A stretch of DNA of 64,000 nt from Candidatus Nomurabacteria bacterium (GTDB taxonomy: Bacteria; Patescibacteriota; Minisyncoccia; Phycocordibacterales; UBA9973). Under the pieces are notes generated by a model. It made no database searches, was not told the DNA's origin, and worked only from the letters and a program-made list of their open reading frames with translations. Numbering within the stretch: the stretch's first letter is position 1; every line of letters starts with the position of its first letter. The position numbers and the translations under genes are program-made. Shown here piece after piece: positions 1 to 8,731 of the stretch. The stretch lies in NCBI GenBank assembly GCA_031425235.1, contig JANPIZ010000008.1:27377-91376 (forward strand). Direction: 5' to 3'.

Positions 1-2
1 AA

Positions 3-368
3 CTTGATCAAGATGGTTCCATGAGTGCACTGCTTGAAATATTACCAAGGTTACCTTTCAAAACTGTGTTCATTCAAACTGACAATGGACTTGAGTTTCA
101 AAAGAGATTTCAAGAATTCCTTTCAGGAATGAATATCAAACATCATTTCATTCATAAATCTACCCCAAATGAGAACGCTGTCATTGAAAGATCTTTTCGT
201 ACTGATGAAGAAGAGTTCTACTTTAGAATCAAGAAACGACCCAAGCACTATGATGAGCTTCGAGATCTTTTGAAAGAGTTTTTACATTACTACAACTATG
301 AACGATTACATATGGGAATTAATTTTAAGACACCTTATGCGGTAGTTGCAGAAGAGGTGTCAGAATAA
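3..368 (+). mobile_element. 3' part of DDE integrase-core (rve) transposase, IS481/IS3-like; probably runs off the window start
   Basis: Motifs IQTDNGLEF, P-N-x-x-IERSFRT and YNYERLHMGINFKTP; frame is open upstream of ATG 21. Confidence 0.85.
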
Positions 369-405
369 GGGCCCCTATAGAATCTATATTCTATAGGGGC
401 CTTTT
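367..405. terminator. Hairpin between the transposase and the tRNA-Leu 3' end
   Basis: ggcccctatagaat-ctat-attctataggggcc followed by tttt. Confidence 0.6.
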
Positions 406-406
406 G

Positions 407-488
407 TGGGCAAGGAGGGACTCGAACCCTCAAGCCTTGCGGCATTAGTTCCTAAGACTAACGCGTATACCAATTCCGCCACTTGCCC
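407..488 (-). tRNA. tRNA-Leu(TAG)
   Basis: GGGCAAGTGGCGGAATTGGTATACGCG...CTTAGGA loop, long variable arm, GGTTCGAGTCC. Confidence 0.95.
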
Positions 489-615
489 AATATTATTTAT
501 TTCAAAACACGAATCCACTTTATGTTTGTGGTCAGAGATAATTTTCTGCTGAAAATTTCCCCGACCCTGCCTCGCACCGTCGTGCTCCGGCTCGCACAAA
601 GCATCCCATGCTTTG

Positions 616-688
616 TGCGCCCTGGAGGGATCGAACCTCCGACATTCTCCTTAAGAGGGAGCTACTCTACCAGCTGAGTTAAGGGCGC
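616..688 (-). tRNA. tRNA-Lys(CTT)
   Basis: GCGCCCTTAACTCAGCTGGTAGAG...CTCTTAA loop...GGTTCGATCCCTCCAGGGCGCA. Confidence 0.95.
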
Positions 689-709
689 ATATTTTATTTT
701 CAACTCACC

Positions 710-848
710 CTGTGCCCGAGGTGGGAATCGGCTACTACATAGCCAGGTGCTTTTCCGTCTCATTACATTCGCATGGAAAAGCCTTTCGATACCCACCCGT
801 AAGCAAAGCAGTTTGCTTACTCTCGTGCTGTGCCCGAGGTGGGAATCG
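710..848. repeat. 21-bp direct repeat of the tRNA-Leu(TAA) 3' end flanking a ~97-bp structured insert
   Basis: ctgtgcccgaggtgggaatcg at 710-730 and 828-848. Confidence 0.85.
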
Positions 849-912
849 AACCCACATCCCTTGCGAGACACGATTTTAAGTCGTGCGCGTATACCGGTTC
901 CGCCACTCGGGC
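831..912 (-). tRNA. tRNA-Leu(TAA)
   Basis: GCCCGAGTGGCGGAACCGGTATACGCG CACGA-CTTAAAA-TCGTG...GGTTCGATTCC. Confidence 0.95.
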
Positions 913-984
913 ATACAAATCATATTACCTATTTTTTCTCTTATAAACAAGAGTTCTTGTTTATCCTAACCACAAACATTAGGG

Positions 985-1056
985 AGGCCTGGGGCGGAAT
1001 CGAACCGCCGTGTAACTCTTTTGCAGAGAGTTGCCTTACCACTTGGCCACCAGGCC
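985..1056 (-). tRNA. tRNA-Cys(GCA)
   Basis: GGCCTGGTGGCCAAGTGGTAAGGC ACTCT-CTGCAAA-AGAGT...GGTTCGATTCC. Confidence 0.95.
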
Positions 1057-1092
1057 TTATTTTAAAAAATAAAAATAAGGAACTATTCAATC

Positions 1093-1419
1093 CTAACTAT
1101 TTCGCAGCAGTTCGTCAATTTTCTGTCTGTTCTTTTCTCCTAAATCTATACCTATATCAATGAACGGTATTATTTTCACAGGCATGTTTTTTTTCAAGAA
1201 TTGACGTAATTCTCCACGTTTGCGCTTCGCGAAGTCGAGTGCAGCCTTTTCTTTTTCTATGGGTAATACAGTTATGAGTATTGTTGCTCGCTTCAAGTCC
1301 GGAGAGCAATTTACAGAAATAACGTTAATGAGAGAAGTTCTATTACCTTCACGGCTTAAAAATTGCGCTGCCAACTCCTTTATCTTATTGGCTACTTTTT
1401 CAGTTCGTTCGTTTGCCAT
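1093..1419 (-). CDS. rbfA: Ribosome-binding factor A
   Basis: R-x-E-K-V N-terminus, SPDLKRATI, IPFIDI-x-x-D; directly downstream of infB. Confidence 0.9.
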   Translation of the reverse strand: MANERTEKVANKIKELAAQFLSREGNRTSLINVISVNCSPDLKRATILITVLPIEKEKAALDFAKRKRGELRQFLKKNMPVKIIPFIDIGIDLGEKNRQKIDELLRNS

Positions 1420-1423
1420 AGTA

Positions 1424-2929
1424 TTATTTTTGCATTACTGAAAAGGATTCAAGAACGTCTCCTGTGACAATCTCTATTTTTGATTCGATCATCATGCCGA
1501 ATTCGAGGCCCTCAGTGACTGTACTTGTCTTTAATTTACCTTGTTCGAGGTTTACTAATTTACCACGCCCGATTTCAAAATCTCTTCGCATTATTTTTAC
1601 TATACTATTTAGGTTGATAACACCTTCGGTAACTTTACCTCCGAGTATTTGCCTTTCTTTTGTGCGACTAAAAGCGCGGATTATCTTCACTCGTCCGGTC
1701 ACTTCTACGGTTTCTATTTTTGGTCGAAGTCTTTCCATTTGTTCCTCGAGCCATTCGGTCATTTTGTAAATTATATTAAAAGAAGAAATGTCTACTCCAC
1801 GCCTCTCTGCTTCTTCTGTCGCACTTCTGTCAATATTTACATTAAATCCAATAATGAGGATATCTCCATCAGTTGAGAGATTTTTTATATCAGATAATGT
1901 TATAGGTCCTACACCTTTTGCTACTATTTTAAATTCAGCATTTTCATGTTGTATTTTTTGGATTTCTTTCTCGATAGCTTCGAGTGATCCTGCTACGTCA
2001 GCTTTTAACATGATAGGTATTATTTTTTTATCACTTTGTTCCCCTTGCTTTGATTGAGTCGCATTGATAGTCCCTTCCTTCCAGTTTTTGGCGTATTCTT
2101 CTGCATCACTTTTTTTTGCGAAGGCTTTAAATTCTCCTCCGACATGTGGCATGTTATTGAACCCAATTATGCGAATAGGGGACGAGAATGTTGCTTCCTT
2201 TATCATCTTACCGAGAAAGTTCTCCATTATACGAGTGGAGCAGATAGTGTCTTCTACAGCTACTGTCATGCCACTTTTTACATATCCATTTTTTATAATA
2301 AGTGTTGCTTCGATACCGCGCTTTGGGTCAAGATTTGCTTCAAGCACGAAACCAGTTGCGTCGGTTTGTGGGTTCGCTGTAAAATTTTCTACTTCCGCGA
2401 GAATTAAGATAAGCGACAGCAATGTATCAATACCGGTACCTTCTTTAGCCGAAATTTCTGCAAAAGGAATCGTACCGCCATAATTTTCCAAATAAATTTC
2501 ATTCTCAGCAAGTTCGGTTTTGGTTTTTTCGATGTTCGCAACTGGTCGGTCTATTTTATTTATTGCAACAATGACAGGAATTTTACTTTCGACAATAGTC
2601 TTCCAGGCTTCGATAGTTTGTGGCTTTACGCCATCTTCAGCAGAAACAATAAGAATGGCAATATCAGCGATTTGTGCACCCCGCTCGCGCATTTTTGAAA
2701 AAGCTTCATGACCAGGTGTATCAATAAAAGTTATTTTTTCCTCGGCGCCATGTTCATTTTTATGAAGTACCTCATATGCAGAAATCCTTTGAGTAATACC
2801 TCCTGTTTCACCCTCAACGATGTTTGATTTTCTAATGTAATCGAGGAGCGTGGATTTACCATGGTCGATATGACCCATTATGACCACCACTGGCGGACGT
2901 TTTTCAATTGTCTCTTTTTGTTTATCCAT
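1424..2929 (-). CDS. infB: Translation initiation factor IF-2 (short form without N-terminal extension)
   Basis: RPPVVVIMGHIDHGKSTLLD, GGITQ, DTPGHEAF, NKID, KADVAGSLEAI. Confidence 0.97.
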   Translation of the reverse strand: MDKQKETIEKRPPVVVIMGHIDHGKSTLLDYIRKSNIVEGETGGITQRISAYEVLHKNEHGAEEKITFIDTPGHEAFSKMRERGAQIADIAILIVSAEDGVKPQTIEAWKTIVESKIPVIVAINKIDRPVANIEKTKTELAENEIYLENYGGTIPFAEISAKEGTGIDTLLSLILILAEVENFTANPQTDATGFVLEANLDPKRGIEATLIIKNGYVKSGMTVAVEDTICSTRIMENFLGKMIKEATFSSPIRIIGFNNMPHVGGEFKAFAKKSDAEEYAKNWKEGTINATQSKQGEQSDKKIIPIMLKADVAGSLEAIEKEIQKIQHENAEFKIVAKGVGPITLSDIKNLSTDGDILIIGFNVNIDRSATEEAERRGVDISSFNIIYKMTEWLEEQMERLRPKIETVEVTGRVKIIRAFSRTKERQILGGKVTEGVINLNSIVKIMRRDFEIGRGKLVNLEQGKLKTSTVTEGLEFGMMIESKIEIVTGDVLESFSVMQK

Positions 2930-2934
2930 TGGTT

Positions 2935-3405
2935 TTATTTTACGATAGCCTTTTCGAGCACATCTTTTTCTTCGACGCTCAGTTCGTATTCTGATTTTTT
3001 ATTTTTTACTGGTTTAGCAAATACGCTCATGCGATCACGTGCGTATAAACTCGAGATGACGACTCCATCTCCATCTTCGTTTAAAAGCGAAATTGCAAAA
3101 CTTTGATTGCTGCCTTGATCAGGAAAAGGGTTGAAACGTATCGTCTCAAGTCCGCGGATACTTTTTCGTAGTTTAGAATGTATTGTTGTGATTTCGTCTA
3201 TGGCCAATTCTTTTGCTTTTTTCAATTCTACGATTTCATTTTGCATAGATACGATAGTTTCCTCTAGATCTTTTGCTTTTTTACCCACAAAAAATCTTTT
3301 CAATCGTTTTTCAGTGCTAAAAATCCAAAAAGTTACCAATAAAATGGCAAGGAGAGTTAAAACAAAAAAAACTATAACGAACATATTGCCCGGTTGTATA
3401 TTCAT
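2935..3405 (-). CDS. DUF4446-like membrane-anchored protein
   Basis: N-terminal TM helix, coiled coil, RFNPF-x-D-x-GSNQSFAI-x-LL...G-VISSLYAR...LS-x-EE. Confidence 0.75.
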   Translation of the reverse strand: MNIQPGNMFVIVFFVLTLLAILLVTFWIFSTEKRLKRFFVGKKAKDLEETIVSMQNEIVELKKAKELAIDEITTIHSKLRKSIRGLETIRFNPFPDQGSNQSFAISLLNEDGDGVVISSLYARDRMSVFAKPVKNKKSEYELSVEEKDVLEKAIVK

Positions 3406-3420
3406 GCCACTTCAATATAT

Positions 3421-3496
3421 ACCCCGTAGTGAATTTTAGCAAGGCACCTAAAGGTGCGCTCGAAAATCGAGCATTGCTAAAATCTACTAACCGGGT
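3421..3496. repeat. ~75-bp palindromic MITE/REP-like element (family A)
   Basis: accccgtagtgaattttagcaa...ttgctaaaatctactaaccgggt; related copies at 18702, 21342 and 40257. Confidence 0.7.
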
Positions 3497-3508
3497 ATAC
3501 TATTTTTA

Positions 3509-4657
3509 ATGAAAAAAACTATAAAACATGTGTATCTTGATTATGCATCAAGCGCACTCTCAGTCTCAGCAAATCCTGGGTCAATACATGAATTTGGGGT
3601 AAAAGAGAAAAGTAAATTAGAGCAGGCACGAAAAATAGTTGCTAAGCTGTTGCAAGGACAGAGCAATGAAATTATTTTTACCTCTGGGGCTACAGAAAGT
3701 AATAATTTGGCTATTCTTGGACTGATTCAAAATTCTATAACAAATTCAGAAGTGCCACATATAGTAACTACTAATATTGAGCATGCTTCAGTTCTGGAAA
3801 CATGTCGGCATCTTGAAAAAACTAAACAAGCGACAGTTACGTATATCGATGTAGAAAGTACAGGGATTGTTGACCCGAAGAAAATAAAAAAAGCACTTAC
3901 AAAAAATACTGTACTTGTGTGTGTCATGTATGCCAACAATGAAATTGGCACAATACAGCCGATCAAAGAAATCGCAAAAGAGATACGACATTACAATAAA
4001 ATAAATAGTGCAAAAGTATTTTTTCATACTGATGCCACGCAAGGCATAAATTATTTACCGATCGGCATTCCACAGCTTGGTGTGGACATGATGTCTTTCA
4101 ATGCAGCGAAAATATATGGACCCAAGGGGGTCGGAGTATTGTTTATTAAAAAAGATACGCCTGTAACAAAAATACTGTTTGGAGGTGATCAAGAAATGGG
4201 TCTACGCCCAGGCACAGAAAACGTGAGTGCAACAATCGAGCTTGCGCAGGCACTGGAATCAGTTGAAAAAAATAAACAGAAAGAAATCAAACGGCTTACT
4301 GGTTTGCGTGATTATTTTATTAAAAAATTACTTCAGTTGGATGGCACGATAGTTATAAATGGGGAGCTTGCACATCGACTACCAAATAACATAAATATCA
4401 CTATTCCAAACATACCGAGTGATCTACTCGTAGTAGAATTGTCGACGAAGGGGATAATGGCTTCGGCAAAGAGTGCTTGTAAAAGCGGGGATGGCAAAGC
4501 TTCACATGTAATTGAAGCAATAGATAAAGGCATAAAAGAGACTGACGGGTCGCTCCGCTTTTCTCTTGGACGAGAAACTACTAAGGCGGATATTGATTAC
4601 ACAACACAGGCATTATCTGAAATTTTGAATAAACTAAAAAAGTGGTACTATAAATAG
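3509..4657 (+). CDS. iscS: Cysteine desulfurase (IscS/NifS family)
   Basis: YLDYAS, IIFTSGATESNN, EHASV, ANNEIGTIQP, HTDATQ, AKIYGPKGVG, SAC. Confidence 0.9.
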   Translation: MKKTIKHVYLDYASSALSVSANPGSIHEFGVKEKSKLEQARKIVAKLLQGQSNEIIFTSGATESNNLAILGLIQNSITNSEVPHIVTTNIEHASVLETCRHLEKTKQATVTYIDVESTGIVDPKKIKKALTKNTVLVCVMYANNEIGTIQPIKEIAKEIRHYNKINSAKVFFHTDATQGINYLPIGIPQLGVDMMSFNAAKIYGPKGVGVLFIKKDTPVTKILFGGDQEMGLRPGTENVSATIELAQALESVEKNKQKEIKRLTGLRDYFIKKLLQLDGTIVINGELAHRLPNNINITIPNIPSDLLVVELSTKGIMASAKSACKSGDGKASHVIEAIDKGIKETDGSLRFSLGRETTKADIDYTTQALSEILNKLKKWYYK

Positions 4658-4669
4658 TAAGTAAAAAAT

Positions 4670-5782
4670 TTGATGATAGAATCAATTAATGTATCTAATT
4701 TTAATACAAACGAAACAAAAACTAAAACAGAAGCTTCTTTTACTATTCCAACAGAGGAAATTGTAAAAATAAGTCATGAATTAAAGCAATCTCAAAAAAC
4801 ACGAGGTTTTCTAAATAACTTATTACAAAAAGCTTCTTTATTAGCTGAAAATATAACAAAAGGAGACCCAGCAAATTTTAAACCACTAAGGAATTTTTTA
4901 TTAATTTTACTCGTATCTTCTTATAACTCTGGGTGTTCTGTTGCCGCTATTGCCGATATTGATAGTTCGAGTAATAAGGTCGCATCTAGCTCTACTCAAA
5001 AAACAGAAAACTTAAAAAAATTTAAAAAATACAATAAAGAACAAATTAAAGATTTAGTAAGAAATTCAAAAACAGAAAACGCTTTTATTGGTACGGGGGA
5101 TAATTATTACGAGATAGCTGAGGGAACAAAAGATTCAGTTTCTATAAAATCTTTGAATAACGAATTTTTAGAGGAAATGATTAGTAGTCACGAAGAACCT
5201 ACTACTGTCAGTCACACACATCCTTCGTACACAGCATTGGAAGATTTGAAGATAAATAAAAATATTACTCAAAAAAAATTAGAAAAAAAACTATATAATC
5301 CACCAAGTGCTGCAGATCTTAGCGTTCTTGTGAAACAAAATCTCAAGGTAGACTTAAAATTTTCCGGTGTAAAAAGAATTAATTTTAAAGTATTTGATTA
5401 TAATGGTATTTGGAATATAAAAATGATAGATTCTTTTCAAGCTAAAGAAGCTATCTCATTATTTCTTGCTGTAGTTAAAGATCCTAGCAATGAGATTAGC
5501 TGGAGGGAAATGGAAAAAATATATAAAGATCAATCTGAGTTGCAAGATTTTAAAAACCAATTACAGTCAAAGAAGGACGAAAATGGTAGACTCGACTTAG
5601 CGGGAAACTTTTTATGGAATTTGTATTTTTTTAGAAAATTAGAAAGGTATGATATTCTATCAGTAGATTTATATAAAAGTTTAAAAGATAACGATACTGA
5701 TATAGAAATAAAAAATAAAACTAAAATATTAACAATAGAAGCAGAAAAACAGGGCTTCGATATAAGCTTTGAAACATATTAA
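4670..5782 (+). CDS. Hypothetical protein with a JAB/MPN-like HTHP...PS-x-x-D motif (start uncertain)
   Basis: 370-aa AT-rich ORF with hydrophobic LLILLVSSYNSGC segment and SHTHPS...PPSAADL. Confidence 0.6.
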   Translation: MMIESINVSNFNTNETKTKTEASFTIPTEEIVKISHELKQSQKTRGFLNNLLQKASLLAENITKGDPANFKPLRNFLLILLVSSYNSGCSVAAIADIDSSSNKVASSSTQKTENLKKFKKYNKEQIKDLVRNSKTENAFIGTGDNYYEIAEGTKDSVSIKSLNNEFLEEMISSHEEPTTVSHTHPSYTALEDLKINKNITQKKLEKKLYNPPSAADLSVLVKQNLKVDLKFSGVKRINFKVFDYNGIWNIKMIDSFQAKEAISLFLAVVKDPSNEISWREMEKIYKDQSELQDFKNQLQSKKDENGRLDLAGNFLWNLYFFRKLERYDILSVDLYKSLKDNDTDIEIKNKTKILTIEAEKQGFDISFETY

Positions 5783-5822
5783 TTGTTTGAAGTAATATAC
5801 ATATAAAGGTATAATTAACTAT

Positions 5823-6239
5823 ATGGAAATACATGAGCCTATAATCAAGAAACTACACCCTCACTTCTTGGGTTACCTCGTCTTTTATATAAGCGGAGGA
5901 ATTATTTTTATTCTGGGATACTTTGTGTATTGGCCTCTATATTTTTTAGGGGCACTGACTGTTGTATTAGGAGAAGTTGCCAGAAGAGCGGAAACTTTTT
6001 ATATTCTTGAAAGTGGAGTTTCCCGAGAGTATAAACTACTTGCCACTTCACGAGACTTTGCTGAATACGGCAATATACAAAATATAAAAGTACGACAAAG
6101 CTTTCTTGAAAACATGTTTGGAATAGGTAACATACACATGGACACAGCAGGCGGAGATAAAACCGAAGTGAATTTTAGTTATGTTGCAGATCCATATGGG
6201 CTTGATCATATTATTCGAGGAAAAATGAAAACCCACTAA
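5823..6239 (+). CDS. bPH_2 (bacterial PH domain) membrane protein
   Basis: Two TM helices, then IQNIKVRQSFLENMFGIGNIHMDTAG. Confidence 0.8.
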   Translation: MEIHEPIIKKLHPHFLGYLVFYISGGIIFILGYFVYWPLYFLGALTVVLGEVARRAETFYILESGVSREYKLLATSRDFAEYGNIQNIKVRQSFLENMFGIGNIHMDTAGGDKTEVNFSYVADPYGLDHIIRGKMKTH

Positions 6240-6242
6240 ATT

Positions 6243-6434
6243 ATGACTAAAGAAGAACAAGCAAAAAAAATAGAAGAGATATATAATGAAGCAATGGAAA
6301 AGCTTAGCTTGCTTGCCCATGAGCGCAACGGACTAATAAAAGAACGACAAAAAGCTCTTAAACGCTATGTTAAAGATTTAGAAACAAAAAAAATTGAGGC
6401 CGTGAAATCATCATTAAAATCAAATTATTCATAA
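6243..6434 (+). CDS. Small helical protein, paralog 1
   Basis: KKIEEIYNEAMEKL shared with 7468..7641. Confidence 0.8.
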   Translation: MTKEEQAKKIEEIYNEAMEKLSLLAHERNGLIKERQKALKRYVKDLETKKIEAVKSSLKSNYS

Positions 6435-6449
6435 TAGTTATTTATATCT

Positions 6450-7463
6450 ATGGAAACCCAAAAGACGACAGAAATAATATCTCACCTTGAGGAAAATAAT
6501 AATATTGCTGGTTTGGAAAATCTAATAAAACAGGCACAAGAAGCAATCCAACGTTTAGAAAAAAAAGCTCAAAATATATCTGAATCGTATAGCAAGAGGA
6601 ATGAAATTTCCCAGGTCGAAAACCTTGGGGGCTCCAAGGAAGAGTTACAAAACATAACTTCTCCTTTTGATAAGAAAATTGAACAAGAAGATGCACAGAT
6701 TGTAAATACAGTAATAAAAGCAAAAAAGGAAATCAATATTTTAGCAGAAGATAATGGTAATACCACAAGCAATTTTGAAACCCAAGAAACATCATCTCGA
6801 TATTATACAATAGGAGAATCAAATGAATTAATTCCTGATAGCGATTCTGGAATACTTGAAATTACTCCTGAAGGCAATATTAAATTGGAAAAGGATAAGA
6901 TTGCGAGCAATGAGGATTTCAAAACATTTGAGAAATTATATGATTCAAATCACAGGTTTGCGCAATGGGGCACAATAGAAGTGCTAAAGCAGCCAGATTT
7001 TGAAAAAACCGAGGATGGTTTTCGTCTCATAAGAAAAGGGTTCGCCCAGATACTTACAGATTTTGATATTAAAGAAAGAGCTCGGAATAAAGATAAAATA
7101 ATTTCTCAAGATATTGATATTGATAAAAGTGTGGGGGTAGAAAATGAATTTAGTAATTTTAATGGTAGTGCTAAAGGATATCTAAATCCTTTCATCGGTA
7201 AACTTGAAATTGGATCAGGAATACATCGAGAAGATTTTATAGTGGAAGGAAAAGGGAATGGTTTTGTTGAAGTAAAACCATTCATATCAAGATTTAGCAC
7301 AAAATCAGAATTTCTTCTTTATTATAAAAATCAATTTGATTTAGATAATCCTAGAGGAGGAAATGTTCGGGTTTTAAAACCGGCAATATTTAAACAGACA
7401 GGGAAAAATGAATTTGAATTCGTTGAAAAAGGTAAATTAGAAATCTATCACGAAGATCAATAA
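6450..7463 (+). CDS. Hypothetical protein: helical N-domain shared with 7647..8639 plus a duplicated C-terminal domain
   Basis: 337-aa ORF; repeated VLK-x-x-x-F...F-x-x-x-x-KG-x-x-x-I motif. Confidence 0.75.
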   Translation: METQKTTEIISHLEENNNIAGLENLIKQAQEAIQRLEKKAQNISESYSKRNEISQVENLGGSKEELQNITSPFDKKIEQEDAQIVNTVIKAKKEINILAEDNGNTTSNFETQETSSRYYTIGESNELIPDSDSGILEITPEGNIKLEKDKIASNEDFKTFEKLYDSNHRFAQWGTIEVLKQPDFEKTEDGFRLIRKGFAQILTDFDIKERARNKDKIISQDIDIDKSVGVENEFSNFNGSAKGYLNPFIGKLEIGSGIHREDFIVEGKGNGFVEVKPFISRFSTKSEFLLYYKNQFDLDNPRGGNVRVLKPAIFKQTGKNEFEFVEKGKLEIYHEDQ

Positions 7464-7467
7464 TCTT

Positions 7468-7641
7468 ATGACTGAAGAAGAAAAAATAAAAAAAATTGAG
7501 GAAATATACAATGAAGCAATGGAAAAGCTTGCAAGACTTAAAGCTCAGCGCAAAGAGTTTATTGGGGAGTATATAAAAGAACTTGAAATACAGAAAATGA
7601 ACGCCATAAAGGCGTCAGTTGAATTATCATATAATCAATAA
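7468..7641 (+). CDS. Small helical protein, paralog 2 (57 aa, missing from the ORF track)
   Basis: MTEEEKIKKIEEIYNEAMEKLARLKAQRKEFIGEYIKELEIQKMNAIKASVELSYNQ, translated by hand. Confidence 0.8.
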   Translation: MTEEEKIKKIEEIYNEAMEKLARLKAQRKEFIGEYIKELEIQKMNAIKASVELSYNQ

Positions 7642-7646
7642 AACTT

Positions 7647-8639
7647 ATGAGCATAGAAGACACAATCAAAAAGCACGAAGAAACTGGAAATAAAAAAGAA
7701 TTAGAAAACCTCAGAGAAGAAGGTGAGTTGACCTTTGATTCTCACAAAGTCAGCCTTACAGAGGAAGCAATTAATAGGATAAATGCATTAAAAGAGGCTG
7801 AGAAAACAACTTCTGAGAATATAAAACTAAAAGATTCAGAACGTTCCAGAATAGAGCATTTAGGGGGGCAAGATGGAGTTATTAAATTTGAAGATAGAAC
7901 AAAAGAATTTGAAGCTCAGGTTGAGGAAGTTATGAGAGAAGCTCAGAGTGAAATACGAAAACTTGCCGGTGAAGAAAAACTGGAATCTGCGGAAAAGCCA
8001 TCAGAAAACAAAACACTACAAGGAGAGGAAAAAATTAAAGAATTAAATACTATACTTGCAGAAAAAAATAAACCTAGTTATGTAGAAACTCAAAAAGCTA
8101 TTCAAGGACAACAAGAGAAAATTAATATCACAAAAGGAAACATAGCTAGACTAGAGAAAGAGATTGAACAAGCGAAGCCTTTTCTCAAATTTTCGGAATT
8201 AGAACAAGAAAGGTTAGCTAAAGAAGAAGGTTACAAGAATGCATTATCTAAAAAAACAGAATTAGAGGAAAAAATAAAAAATGCCCAAGCTCGCTATTCT
8301 GGATTTGAGTCAAAAAATGTAACTCTGTTTAGAGGTCAACCAAAGCCACCAACAGATGACATGAAAGCCGTCGTAGCTGAAATTGAAGGTTATGAAACTG
8401 AAAAGAAAAGTTTTGAAACTACAATAAATGTTTTTTCTGAAATAGAAAGCAAGCAAGAAGAAATGTTAGATAATGCTAGAACAGCTGGAATTGAATCCAA
8501 TAATCTGATTTATTATAAAAATCAGGCAAAGGGAAAAATTGAGCAAGATATTATGGAATCGCAATCCCATTTAAAAACTCTTGAACAACAGTTACAAAAT
8601 CAAAATGAAGAGATGGTAAACATTAGAAAAAATCTATAA
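7647..8639 (+). CDS. Coiled-coil hypothetical protein with N-domain homologous to 6450..7463
   Basis: 330-aa E/K-rich ORF; LENL...EAINR...IEHLGG...EIRKLA. Confidence 0.75.
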   Translation: MSIEDTIKKHEETGNKKELENLREEGELTFDSHKVSLTEEAINRINALKEAEKTTSENIKLKDSERSRIEHLGGQDGVIKFEDRTKEFEAQVEEVMREAQSEIRKLAGEEKLESAEKPSENKTLQGEEKIKELNTILAEKNKPSYVETQKAIQGQQEKINITKGNIARLEKEIEQAKPFLKFSELEQERLAKEEGYKNALSKKTELEEKIKNAQARYSGFESKNVTLFRGQPKPPTDDMKAVVAEIEGYETEKKSFETTINVFSEIESKQEEMLDNARTAGIESNNLIYYKNQAKGKIEQDIMESQSHLKTLEQQLQNQNEEMVNIRKNL

Positions 8640-8694
8640 TAGAAGAGAATTTTTCCAACTGTCTGTCATTTTAAGAGGAACTAATAAATAAATT

Positions 8695-8723
8695 TTGACT
8701 TAGACCATGCTACAAAGTATAAT
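8695..8723 (+). promoter_or_regulatory. Sigma70-type promoter, likely producing a leaderless or near-leaderless mRNA
   Basis: TTGACT-N17-TATAAT, with ATG 8 nt downstream. Confidence 0.7.
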
Positions 8724-8731
8724 TAACTAGC

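Noticed and set aside
384-1163. ORFs overlapping the tRNA cluster, and antisense ORFs within housekeeping genes generally
   Set aside because: Shadow frames of tRNAs or well-supported CDSs, with no recognisable motifs.
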